From a virus (lineage: Duplodnaviria > Heunggongvirae > Uroviricota > Caudoviricetes): a stretch of DNA of 64,000 nt. The stretch is taken from positions 109,563 through 173,562 of IMG/VR virus record IMGVR_UViG_3300029705_000023. One strand, 5' to 3'. The notes under the pieces are model-generated. The model did no database searches. It saw only the letters and a list, made by a program, of their open reading frames with translations, and was not told where the DNA came from. Made by a program: the position numbers and the translations under genes. Of this stretch, positions 9,183-19,300 are shown in pieces (the stretch's first letter is position 1; each line of letters starts with the position of its first letter).

Positions 9183-12179
9183 ATGGCTTATGTAAAACCT
9201 CAAGTGCTGGTGTTCCAGGAGTTCACCAACGCGGCAGCCTCTATCGCTGCAGACCTCCCTGCCTGGATCGTCGGGCAAAATGCCGAGATCCATGAACGCG
9301 GCGAGGCAGTGGTGGGGGACTACGCGGACTATCGCGGAAGCAACGTGGATACGGTCCTTCCGAATCTCTCTGCAGGAAGCAAGGTCGAGGAGGATTCGGT
9401 ACATATTTACGTCGATGACGCTCTCATTCAGTATTGTGAGATTCCGGCGGCAGATACGGCAGCGGAGGATGCTGTGTATGCTTACTGCATGACAGAAGCT
9501 CCGAATCAGCTGGTCTTCAATAACTTCAATGTAAAGGAGAACGGCAATTTTGCCCGTGCAGCTGAACTTGGAACTCGTGATGTGCAGATCGGTGATACGA
9601 TCCGCATCTCTGGTTACGGTGCCGCGGTAGCAGGTGCTTCTGAGTGTGCCGAAGTTTCTTTCGATACCCGGGTCGTGGATTTTGCGGTGACGGTCGCAGA
9701 CAGTACGATCATGGATCCGGCACGGAAGACTAACAAGGCAGGAACTTCTACGGCTTCCTGCTCGATCGCGTCCGCAGAACTGGGAACATATACTGGTTCT
9801 CTTGCGGAAGAGCATTATCAGGTATACGTAGACAAGAACAGCCTGACGTACTGGGTCGCTTCCGCATCCGATACGGATAACTACCCGTCGAGTGCTGCAG
9901 CTATTCAGCAGCGGGATGGTAAATACATCTTCAAGATCGGAACTCAGGGAATGACCGCTTCGATCGCTGAGGCGGATCTTACTGGTGACTTCACTGTCTC
10001 TGTAACCAGTGGAACTTCAACTGCCTCGAATACGCCGTTCCGCACGGACCTTTACACCGGTCCGTATGAAGGCATCACACTGTCTGGCGAATACGATCCG
10101 CTTCCGACCGGTTTCCTGTCGCAGGTATACAAGATCACGGTCACTGGAAAGCATAACACGACTGCCTGTTCCAATCTGGAACTGCGCATCATCTCCGAAA
10201 GCGGTCTGGACAACCAGTACAAGGTACAGGCTCTTTCGGACGGAAGCGGCAATTTCACATTCAACGTGACTGGTGATGGAAATGTTACCGCGACGCTCAC
10301 GGCAGAAGCCTTCGCGAACGTTACCGTCGGAACGCAGTGGGCCTACACGCTCACCGGCGCGTACAATCCGGCGAAACTTGTCGTGGATAAAGAGAAATCC
10401 AACTACAGCGGTGACGAGGATACCCTGTATATTATCAGCTGCATTTCCGGCGGCGAGATCACTACAGAGAGCACGGCGGAAAAGGCGCCTGTTCTTGCGT
10501 ATCAGACACTTTCCGGCTCCGACTACCGTTCTGGGATCACAGTGGCGAAGGCAGGGCAGGCTATTGAAACAGCTTTGGGCTTGAACTTCTCTTTTGAAGC
10601 CGGGCAGATCGCGTTGAATGAGACCTGGATCGTTCGGGTCCTTTCCGGAAAAAATACGGAAGTGCGTGCCCTGGTCCTGAGTGACTCTTTGCCGCAGGAG
10701 ATCCAGACGACTTCTGAGATCATTCCGATCGGCGTGAAGTTCTGTGTTGTTCGTGATGTGGAACTGACAGAGGGTGTAGAGATCGACGGTACACAGCTTA
10801 AGATCGACACGCTTACTGCGAAAGTACACCTGGAAGAATTCCAGAGTATCTCCGGGCAGCTGATCGACCTCCAGATCCTTAGCGGCACTATCTCGGCTGC
10901 CTATCGTGAATGGGTAGCGGACGGTGTTGCTTCGATCAACTGGATCGCATCGATCAATGAACTGGAAGCCATTCCTGGGCCTTTGACTCCGGATAATCCG
11001 CTGAAGTATGCCCTTTACAAGGCGCTTTCCAACTCCAACGGCAGTCCGGTAGCGTATACCAATGTGCAGGACGATACGCAGGATGGCTGGGCGGAAGCCT
11101 TTGGTGCCGCTTCCGGTTCCCGCGAAGTCTATGCACTGGCTCCGATCACGCAGGATATTAATATCCTGAAGTTAGCGGCGGCTGCCGTTCAGCAGGATTC
11201 TAATGAAGAGACCTGCGCCTGGAAGATCTGCTATCTCAACACAGCCGTTCCGGACAAGATCCAGGTCGTGGGACGAGATACCAGCTTCGACGGCAACTCC
11301 GTGATCGCGCTTATGAATACGAAGGGTCTGGTACAGATCACGTCGAAGTATCAGGCGAAGGCGAATGCTTCACTGGAAAGTGTAAAACCGGGCGATATTG
11401 TAAAGTTCTACACGGGCTTTAATTTTACGGAATATGTGATCGACAGTGTCTCCGGGGATACATTCAAAGTACAGAATCCTCCCGCAGCAGGAATCGTCGT
11501 TCCGTCGATTATCGAGATCGAACATACGCTTACGAAGAATGAGCAGGTCGAGTATATTGCGAATATTGCACAGAGTTTCGCGCATCGGCGTGTGAACTTC
11601 ATCTGGCCGGATGCGGTTAGTGAGGGGACGTACACACTTCCGGGAAGTATGCTTTGCGCGGCGGTTGCAGGACTCGCATCCGGTGTACTCCCGCATCAGG
11701 GACTGACCCGTGTCGCTGTTGCCGGATTTGACGGGCTGCTTCATACAGCCGGCTACTTTACAGAAACACAGCTGAATACGCTGGCAGAAGCAGGCGTCTG
11801 GATCGTGGTCCGTGATGACGACGGTACGATCTACACACGGCATGCCCGAACGACAGATGCTACGAGTTTGACTTATGCAGAAGAAATGATCACACGTAAC
11901 GTGGACCACATTTCCTTCGCGATCCGTCAGCTTCTGGAACCGTACATTGGCGTAACGAACGTAACGGACGAGACGATCGGGAATATCCGAACGCGTTTGC
12001 TTTACTACCTGATGCACATCAGTGAGAACAGCTATTCGGCCGTCGGTCCTCAGCTTACCTGGTACCAGATCGTAGACATTTCGCAGGATCCTCTGCTTCT
12101 GGACCGCATCAATGTGATCGTCTCCGGTACAGTACCGAAAGCGGTCAATAATATTGAATTCCACATTCAGGCTGGCTGA
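9183..12179 (+). CDS. Tail sheath protein, unusually large (998 aa)
   Basis: The C-terminal region (TQLNTLAEAGVWIVVRDDDGTIYTRHARTT...ITRNVDHISFAIRQLLEP) resembles the conserved sheath C-terminal domain (LYQEAINP...G.VLYGDKT...INVRRLF). It is followed by a tube-like gene. AGGGA RBS. Confidence 0.55.
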   Translation: MAYVKPQVLVFQEFTNAAASIAADLPAWIVGQNAEIHERGEAVVGDYADYRGSNVDTVLPNLSAGSKVEEDSVHIYVDDALIQYCEIPAADTAAEDAVYAYCMTEAPNQLVFNNFNVKENGNFARAAELGTRDVQIGDTIRISGYGAAVAGASECAEVSFDTRVVDFAVTVADSTIMDPARKTNKAGTSTASCSIASAELGTYTGSLAEEHYQVYVDKNSLTYWVASASDTDNYPSSAAAIQQRDGKYIFKIGTQGMTASIAEADLTGDFTVSVTSGTSTASNTPFRTDLYTGPYEGITLSGEYDPLPTGFLSQVYKITVTGKHNTTACSNLELRIISESGLDNQYKVQALSDGSGNFTFNVTGDGNVTATLTAEAFANVTVGTQWAYTLTGAYNPAKLVVDKEKSNYSGDEDTLYIISCISGGEITTESTAEKAPVLAYQTLSGSDYRSGITVAKAGQAIETALGLNFSFEAGQIALNETWIVRVLSGKNTEVRALVLSDSLPQEIQTTSEIIPIGVKFCVVRDVELTEGVEIDGTQLKIDTLTAKVHLEEFQSISGQLIDLQILSGTISAAYREWVADGVASINWIASINELEAIPGPLTPDNPLKYALYKALSNSNGSPVAYTNVQDDTQDGWAEAFGAASGSREVYALAPITQDINILKLAAAAVQQDSNEETCAWKICYLNTAVPDKIQVVGRDTSFDGNSVIALMNTKGLVQITSKYQAKANASLESVKPGDIVKFYTGFNFTEYVIDSVSGDTFKVQNPPAAGIVVPSIIEIEHTLTKNEQVEYIANIAQSFAHRRVNFIWPDAVSEGTYTLPGSMLCAAVAGLASGVLPHQGLTRVAVAGFDGLLHTAGYFTETQLNTLAEAGVWIVVRDDDGTIYTRHARTTDATSLTYAEEMITRNVDHISFAIRQLLEPYIGVTNVTDETIGNIRTRLLYYLMHISENSYSAVGPQLTWYQIVDISQDPLLLDRINVIVSGTVPKAVNNIEFHIQAG

Positions 12180-12245
12180 TATATTTAAGAGACAATGCCG
12201 GGCGGTCTGTTGCCAGTTCGCCCGGACTTTCAAGGAGAATCATAT

Positions 12246-12947
12246 ATGGCAGAGAATTCCATTATCGTACCGGGAACCGGGTTCGAGTGGGGCAACAGCG
12301 TTACAGGGTCGTGCGTTGTGATCAAGATCACAACGCGCAATCGAGCGGGAACCGGAAATGCACAGAACTTGCTCCAGGGCCTGGTGGCTCAGCAGGTCCA
12401 GGCCCAGATCCAGAAATCCACGAAGCAGCTGTATGAGGTAGGTACCACCAACTACTACCTGGTCGAAGGACGTCCTCAAGGCACAGGTACAATTCAGCAT
12501 GTGTTGGGTCCGAATACGAAAGACATCTGGGAAAGCATTGAAGGCTTTGCTAACGTTTGTAACGCTACGGATCTTGAGGTGAGTTCTACCGGCTGTACCT
12601 GCAGAGACACGGAGACGACGGCCAGTGCTGTTATGTTCGTCGGCGGGCTTCTGAACTCCATGCAGGTGTCTGCAAACGCGCAGGACTTCGTACTGATGAG
12701 CAATCTTGGCTTTATGTTCTTTGACCTGCAAAAGACAGAACCCTCAGCCCCAGCCCAGAATAACAACGCAGGGAACCACGCAGGGAACAACGCGGGGAAC
12801 AACGCAGGGAACAACGCGGGGAACAACGCAGGGAACAACGCGGGGAACAACGCGGGTGACAACAACGCGAGGGGGGACAACGCGGAGGCACTGAATCAGC
12901 AGATGCAGGGAGTGAATAGAGACAACGCGGCGGTACTGAATCGGTAG
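12246..12947 (+). CDS. Tail tube-like protein with low-complexity C-terminal repeat tail (233 aa)
   Basis: Trimmed to ATG 12246 with AAGGAG 8 nt upstream. Position immediately after the sheath. The C-terminus carries (AGNN)n repeats. Confidence 0.35.
   Translation: MAENSIIVPGTGFEWGNSVTGSCVVIKITTRNRAGTGNAQNLLQGLVAQQVQAQIQKSTKQLYEVGTTNYYLVEGRPQGTGTIQHVLGPNTKDIWESIEGFANVCNATDLEVSSTGCTCRDTETTASAVMFVGGLLNSMQVSANAQDFVLMSNLGFMFFDLQKTEPSAPAQNNNAGNHAGNNAGNNAGNNAGNNAGNNAGNNAGDNNARGDNAEALNQQMQGVNRDNAAVLNR
12768..12872 (+). repeat. 12-nt tandem repeat (gggaacaacgcR) x about 8, coding for AGNN repeats
   Basis: Direct reading of near-identical 12-mers inside 12246..12947. Confidence 0.7.
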
Positions 12948-13075
12948 ATGCAGGGGGGGCGAACAACGCGCAGGAGCTGAACCGGCGAATGCAGGCGCTG
13001 CCAGGGGTGTAGATATGACGCAGCCTGAGGGCGGCGGCAACGGTTTCTTGCCGGAAGGGGTCGGCTTCTAATAGT

Positions 13076-13537
13076 CTAACCTGTTTTCATCTTTCTAACT
13101 TTCTTTGCCTGTTCGATCATTCCGGACGGGTAATCTTTCATAAACTTGTCATAGAGTCCATTGGTCTCTATGACATTTTCATTATATCCGTGTGCCAGCA
13201 GGCGAGGCACAGTTGTATGTCTTAACAGGAACGCACGTTCACTGGCACTGATTTGTCCTGCCTGAAAGCGCAGCGCGGCAATTTCACCTGCCAGACCTCC
13301 TCCGCCTTTCAGCTGATCCAGATATTCTTTTTGCAGTTTCTCCGTATCAAAGCGTTTGCTGTGATATTCTCGTACGGAGTACTTTTCGGAGGGAACATAC
13401 CAGCCGCGGGCTCCAGTTTCCTGTATGCTTTTCTGATTCTCCTGAGCTTGTTTTGAGCGAGTTTCCAGCCATTGTGTGAAGTTTTCATTCAAATACTGCA
13501 TGTCATCCTCCAAATAAATCGTAGCGGGAGTCATCAT
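13076..13537 (-). CDS. Hypothetical protein (153 aa; alternative start at 13501 giving 141 aa)
   Basis: Overlaps the sigma-factor gene end. The internal ATG 13501 is preceded by GGAGGA, but the spacing is only 4 nt. Confidence 0.4.
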   Translation of the reverse strand: MMTPATIYLEDDMQYLNENFTQWLETRSKQAQENQKSIQETGARGWYVPSEKYSVREYHSKRFDTEKLQKEYLDQLKGGGGLAGEIAALRFQAGQISASERAFLLRHTTVPRLLAHGYNENVIETNGLYDKFMKDYPSGMIEQAKKVRKMKTG

Positions 13538-14258
13538 TCAGCTGGTCATAAATCTTTTTCTTATGCTGACTGACCGCAGCCTGTGAGATCTTCAAACTTT
13601 GCGCGATTTCTGAAGGTGTCATGACTGGCTGTCCGTGCATCCCGAGCATTCTTTCCATCACAGCTTTCTGCCGATCAGGAAGACTGTCGTAGACGTATTC
13701 CTGCCAGGCTGCTTCTGCTTTATCTTCACCGAGAATGTTTCCATGCAGATACATACTGTTTCCGGTATCGCTGTTATTAATAGACGACTCATATATAGGT
13801 CCTCCAAAGGACGTCCATTTCTGAATGTTTTTCAAAGGGATCCCGGTTCTATCCGCGATCTCCATCATGGACGGGAACCTGCCGAGCTCGTCAGTCAGTT
13901 CCTTTTCAGCTTCTGCAATAGCTCTCTGTCCCAGAGCCATGCGTTCCGGGATCTGAATAATATTTTGCTCTGCTCCGACAACTCGATGTAGTCCGCGCAT
14001 TTGTCCATAGAGATAATTTTTAACGTTAGATGTTTCCGGATCGTACTTGCGCATGTAGGCCATGGCCATCATGTTGGCTTTTGCACGAAGTACCTGATTA
14101 GAAGGAGATCCTCCCGCCGCCAGAATAGCATGGTCGATCCACGGCTGGATCTTTTTTAATAGTGCCGCATTGTTTTCCGGGGAGTTCCAGTCACTCTTCC
14201 ATTGAACGTATACATCCTGAAGTTCGGGCTCGAGCATCATGCTGTTTTTTCCTTGCAA
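13503..14258 (-). CDS. Phage-encoded sigma-70 family sigma factor (251 aa)
   Basis: Region 2/3-like YLYGQMRGLHRVV...IQIPERM (compare YATWWIRQAI...IRIPVHM). Region 4.2-like HTH TPSEIAQSLKISQAAVSQHKKKIYDQL. AAGGA RBS. Confidence 0.7.
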   Translation of the reverse strand: MQGKNSMMLEPELQDVYVQWKSDWNSPENNAALLKKIQPWIDHAILAAGGSPSNQVLRAKANMMAMAYMRKYDPETSNVKNYLYGQMRGLHRVVGAEQNIIQIPERMALGQRAIAEAEKELTDELGRFPSMMEIADRTGIPLKNIQKWTSFGGPIYESSINNSDTGNSMYLHGNILGEDKAEAAWQEYVYDSLPDRQKAVMERMLGMHGQPVMTPSEIAQSLKISQAAVSQHKKKIYDQLNDDSRYDLFGG

Positions 14259-15898
14259 TAAAGTGAGGCTTCTGTATAGTCTGCCCGCCAGGCATCTTCA
14301 TATAGCAGCGTTGTTATTCCGTTTGTTTCCTGCCGCAGCTCGTCAGTCCGCAGATTATTAATAACATAGCGGGTACTGACGCTGCTGCTTGTGATCTCAC
14401 AGGTCACAAACTGGATCGTGCCGTAGACAAAGCCGGTGTCCCGTGTTTGCAGATCGGCGGTCGGCAGAGGGATTGCGACTATATCTCCGGGAACGAGATC
14501 CAGCTTCAAAGGAGTTTTCACAGAGATCGAGAAGTCCTTCGTCATCTCCTGCAGGTAGCAGGTGTTTACGAATGCCTGACACAACTGATCCAGGGAAGAG
14601 ACCTGTACTGCCGACGATGCCGCCTCTTCTGCCTTTTTTACTGCTTCTCTGGAGGCAAAGGACAGAGTGGCTGGACGCTGTCCTGTAAAAGTATTATACT
14701 GACTTTGCAGCATGTCTGCCAACCAGCCGGGCATAAAGCATCCTTTCAGCACTCCCGGCTTCAACTCCTGCGGGCAGCGGAATGTGGTCAGTTCTGCGTC
14801 TGCGGACACGCCGGGAATGGGCTTACTGACTCCTTCGACGTCACGGACAGCCAGGATCATACCGCCAAGTACCGTGTTTGTCAGGCGGCGGTATTGAAAC
14901 TGAGTAATCATGTTTAACGGGATCACACGGGACTGCTTCGGGTGTACTCCCAGTCCAAACCCTGGAACGATATACCCTTTGTTCACTGTAGGTACCAGCC
15001 CGAGGCCAAGTGCCGGCAGTAACAGTGAGATCAGTTTCTGCCAGATAGTCACACCGATGCAGGCGCTGTAATCGAGAGCGCTGATCCAGTTTGCCATACC
15101 TCTTCGCAGAGCCTCCTGCGCTGGTGTATCGGGTATGAGTGAATTCGGTAGCGTGCCATACTGCTCGCAGTCGATCTTCTCAAGTGCAGTGCGTGTACAG
15201 TTTAACAGATCCTTTGAGACATAGCCCGGGTCTGTCTTTTTCAGTGTAGCTACATCATCCAGTGTGCTCAGCAGGAGGTTTTTAAGTGCCTGACCCGGAT
15301 GACTTAGCTTCGTGGAACGCAGTTTCGCAGCAGCTTGCTCCGCAGCACTCCACGCGACTGCGTCCGGCAGTCCTGCGGAAATATTCGGTTCGGTATTGTT
15401 TATACGGAAGAGAGTGTTGCAGGAAAGGTCCCCTGGGTTTTCCGGGGAACTCAACCGGTGCAGTACCGGAAAAATATGCAGGTCTGCCAGCCAATGTGTC
15501 AGGTGCAGGGTATGCTGCCCCGTAGACACGCCCAGTGCCGATGTCCATCCGATTATGTAGCCCTTAAAGAGACACAGAACTTCCCCTGAGTCCGTGCTGG
15601 GTAATCCTTCCAGAGAATGACTGCTTTCAAGACAAACCGCGACAGGTGTCCGCTGAGCATAGGCGGCACGAAGAGCACTCTGTGACTCGTCAGCGTAGCT
15701 GCATGGCTGTGTGGGGTCTGTGATTTTGATCCCGGCCGGTACCCGCAGGACTAGGGATGGGATCATGTTGACAGCATAAACGATTTGTGCGCCAACAGCT
15801 TCTCCAAGTTCGTTTCCGAGTTTTCTATCCGCGACCGCGCCGTCCCCTGCCAATGTCCAGATGGTAAGCCGCAGATTGGAAAAATGCAGTTCACTCAT
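14237..15898 (-). CDS. Hypothetical virion/structural protein (553 aa)
   Basis: Long ORF in the minus-strand structural operon, with overlapping junctions to both neighbouring genes. Confidence 0.5.
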   Translation of the reverse strand: MSELHFSNLRLTIWTLAGDGAVADRKLGNELGEAVGAQIVYAVNMIPSLVLRVPAGIKITDPTQPCSYADESQSALRAAYAQRTPVAVCLESSHSLEGLPSTDSGEVLCLFKGYIIGWTSALGVSTGQHTLHLTHWLADLHIFPVLHRLSSPENPGDLSCNTLFRINNTEPNISAGLPDAVAWSAAEQAAAKLRSTKLSHPGQALKNLLLSTLDDVATLKKTDPGYVSKDLLNCTRTALEKIDCEQYGTLPNSLIPDTPAQEALRRGMANWISALDYSACIGVTIWQKLISLLLPALGLGLVPTVNKGYIVPGFGLGVHPKQSRVIPLNMITQFQYRRLTNTVLGGMILAVRDVEGVSKPIPGVSADAELTTFRCPQELKPGVLKGCFMPGWLADMLQSQYNTFTGQRPATLSFASREAVKKAEEAASSAVQVSSLDQLCQAFVNTCYLQEMTKDFSISVKTPLKLDLVPGDIVAIPLPTADLQTRDTGFVYGTIQFVTCEITSSSVSTRYVINNLRTDELRQETNGITTLLYEDAWRADYTEASLYCKEKTA

Positions 15899-16350
15899 GC
15901 TCTGACTCCAACCAGTTCCAGCCGAAACGTGTCCAGATCTTCCTGAACGGAAGATACATTACGGGTGCATTTGATAAGGTAGACCCTGTATGTTATGCCG
16001 TTGAGCAGCATTTTGAACCAGCTCTTTAGTGTACCAGATTTGGACTGTGAGTAGAGTTCCATCAGCGGATCGGAGGTGCCGTCTGACTCAGAGCAGGCGT
16101 CGTAACAGGTCACACCGGATAACGTGATCCTTTCTGGTTTATCCCCGGCAGTGTACATATAAATGTCATTGCCAAGCGTAGACATCGTAACGTTGTTTTC
16201 TGCACTGGCTATGGATATATCCAGCACCATCAGATTATACCCCTGACGCAGGTCAGGATCACCCAGCTGAAAGGTTACGGCGGTACCGACCTTATTCTCA
16301 CTACGTACACCGGCTCCGCGTTTTGTTTGTTGTATGACACTGCTAGACAT
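15895..16350 (-). CDS. Hypothetical structural protein (151 aa)
   Basis: Trimmed to ATG 16350, which overlaps the upstream stop by 8 nt (ATGTCTAG). ATGA overlap with the downstream gene. Confidence 0.45.
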   Translation of the reverse strand: MSSSVIQQTKRGAGVRSENKVGTAVTFQLGDPDLRQGYNLMVLDISIASAENNVTMSTLGNDIYMYTAGDKPERITLSGVTCYDACSESDGTSDPLMELYSQSKSGTLKSWFKMLLNGITYRVYLIKCTRNVSSVQEDLDTFRLELVGVRA

Positions 16351-19300
16351 TTCCGGCAATCTCCGCTCTAAGGTCCTTGGTATTGGCGATAACGACACGT
16401 ATTGAATTATCCTCTGCCTGGAATTTAGCCACCAGGTCGCGAATACCTGAGCCCAGCAGACTGGTTATCGCTTCGGCAGTCCCGGGGGCTGTCTCTACTG
16501 CAGGGACCACGGGTGAGTTTTTCTCTGACGCAGGCGATGCCTCTGAAGGAGGTGTACCTGTAGATCCAGCAGAGGACTTGGGTGCTGCAGTTTCGGTACC
16601 CGATACCAGAGCAGGATCCGATGCCGACTCAGCTCTAGCTTTAACATGTTCTTTAGCTTCCGCGTTAGAAAGGGTCCGTATAGCCTTCAATAATGCCACG
16701 GCGGACTGTTTGTCTCCATTTGCCCACGTTTCCGCTAAAGCGGGAAGTTTTTCTGCGGTAAGGGACGAGAGCTCGGTAAAAAGTGCAGCTTCAACCTCTC
16801 CACGGGACAGATTATTGGTCGAAATGCCCAGATCACTGGCGAGATTTTTGACCTGCTTATCACTAAGGTTCTCCGGATCTGTTACCCCGAACAGGAGCTG
16901 CAGCATTTCTTTGGAGCTCTTCTGGATACTGGCACCGAAGAGAATCGTCTGCAAGCCTGCTTGTGTATTCGTTTCAGCAAGTAAGCCTTGAATCTGTTTT
17001 TCGTTCAGCCCATAACCTTTTCCTTTTAGCAGATTGGCTGCAAACGTGAGGATCCCTCCCTCGGCATCTAATGCGGCCTGCAAGGTACTATTCTCCGGGA
17101 GCGGCAGGATTCTGCTCAGGTGCGCCTCCATCGCGATCCGCCGACTGGCTGCGTCATCAAGAGCACGGGTGTAGTCGAAAGATTCCAGCGTCATGTTTGC
17201 CAGCCCTGTAACTGCCCGCATGCCTTGTTCCACACCGATCGCATTGACTACCAGCTGATCACCTTCAAGTGCATCTATCACGTCGTTCTGACCTGCGTTT
17301 TGCAGCCGTGTGCGCTCCCGAGGGGTGAGTTCCCGTTTGTTAGAAAGCAGCTCTTTAATATCCTGAGAGGTAAAGCCAGTGCTTATGAGTGCGGTGGCGG
17401 CATCGATCGCGGCAGTCTTCTGATCTTTGGAAACTCTGCCTTCCAGAGCTTTTTCCCATTCGTAACGGGCAGCGTCTCCTGTCATATTTTCGAGTACATT
17501 CCACTGGTTGGAGGTGCGGTGTGCCGTCATAGCGGCAGCCTGACTATCCGCGGCGGACAGACTATTACGAATAGCCTGCTGCCCCCCGCGAGTGAAGTGG
17601 GAATCAAAGGATTCAGAGCTATACCCTGCATTCATCCAGCGGTCTCGCAGCGTTTCCCGCTCGGCAATAAGCTGGTAGTCGTCCTTTGTACCTTGTCCGG
17701 AGCGGATACGTTTTGCGGTCTCTGCGAGACCGAGTTTCTGGAGTGTGGCTTCGTCCTGACTTAGGATCCAGGCGGCGTTTTCCATATAGTCCGAGGCAAA
17801 GATCCTGGAAGCGACTTGTGCGGACTGTGCCATACTGCGATTTGGATCGAAATCCGTGGAACTTCCGGAGTGCATATTACTGTAGTGCAGCATTTGAGCA
17901 AATTCCGTAGCCCTTCCAATTTCTTCGGAGGACACGCCCAGCTTTTGCAGCTGCTGTCCTACTGCCTGTGCTATGGAGACAGTGCGTTCCAGCGTTATAT
18001 CATTAGCCTGCGTCCAGCGTATGTTCCTGCTGGCTTGTTCTGCTGCATTTTCAGCATTCAAATTCGTGCTTCCAAGCAGTTGTGCGAACTGTTGCGCGGC
18101 TTCAAGTTCCTGACCAGGCTTGAAGAATTTATCGAAGTCCGACAACCCTTGTGCAGCTGTCTGGATGGCACTTAAATCCCGAAGCCGTTCAGCGACATCT
18201 GTTTCCAACGCAGCACCGCCTGCAAATGCAATAATTTTCTGAGCTGCATGCTTTCTAGCCCGCTCTGCTGCGGATGTGCCTGACTCCTGGGCATACTGTC
18301 GTAGCAGCTGTACGGCGTCGGTATCTGATGGTGCCCGGGTTATCTCGGATAGTAAGTCTCGTACTGCCTGCGCAGAGGCTTCTTTTGCGGATGTTACTTC
18401 GTTCTCCGCGATATTGGAAGACGTTCTTCCCTTATCTTCAGGCAAATTTTTCCATTCGTCCTCTGTGATGAGCTTTCCTTCTGCATCGTAGTAACGCATA
18501 ACGAAGTTCTCATCTTTGAGTGTACCGTCGTCGTTATATAGCTTATCACCATGAAAGTTGTTAGCATCCAGCATATCTGAAAGCACTGCACTTTCGATCT
18601 GACGTGTGAACTGTTTTTTCTGCGCTTCAGAGAGCCGTTTGATCCCGCGAAGGACATCCGTATCTCCCCGAAGCACATAGCGGTCTGTCTGAAGTCCTGT
18701 GTTGCGCATAACCGTGAGGGCTTCTTGATAGTCTGCTGCTTTTGCCCACGCGTTTTCCCGGGTAGGTCCTGCGGCTGCCAGCTGTGCGAACTGTCCGAAC
18801 ATCAGCATGGCTTCAGTAGACAGGGAACCGTCTACCGCTGTATCATAAAGTCCTGCGTAGTCCCCGTGGGGTCCTACAAACAAAGAGGAAGCCATTTCGT
18901 CTATGTTTTGCAGGATCTGCTTGTATTCAGGCTTCGTGGCCGCGATCTGCGTCAGCATCTGCTGCCGCAGCGCCTTTGTCATAGGGCTGTTATAGATCTG
19001 AACGATTTGCCGGGCAGTGTCGTCATGCAGATCGATATTCAGTTTTTTTGCCAGCTGCTGGATATTACGCATTCCGGCTTGTGTCTGCCGTTCCGATACA
19101 TCACCTAGGGCTTCTGCGCGGTTCCAGACGAGCATTCGATTCAAAATCTGCTCATCCAGGGCTGTACTGGTGTTGTATCTGGATTCCAGTGAAAAGAGTT
19201 CGCCGAAGGCATTTTTTACGTCACCTGCCATGCTGCCGAACCAGCTGCCTACACCGAGCAGGGTATCGTAGCCTGTGCCAAACGTACTGTGCGCCGTATC

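Noticed and set aside
12948-13075. Terminator between the convergent tube-like gene and the 13076..13537 gene
   Set aside because: Only a weak 4-bp stem (GCCG/CGGC) was found. Not called.
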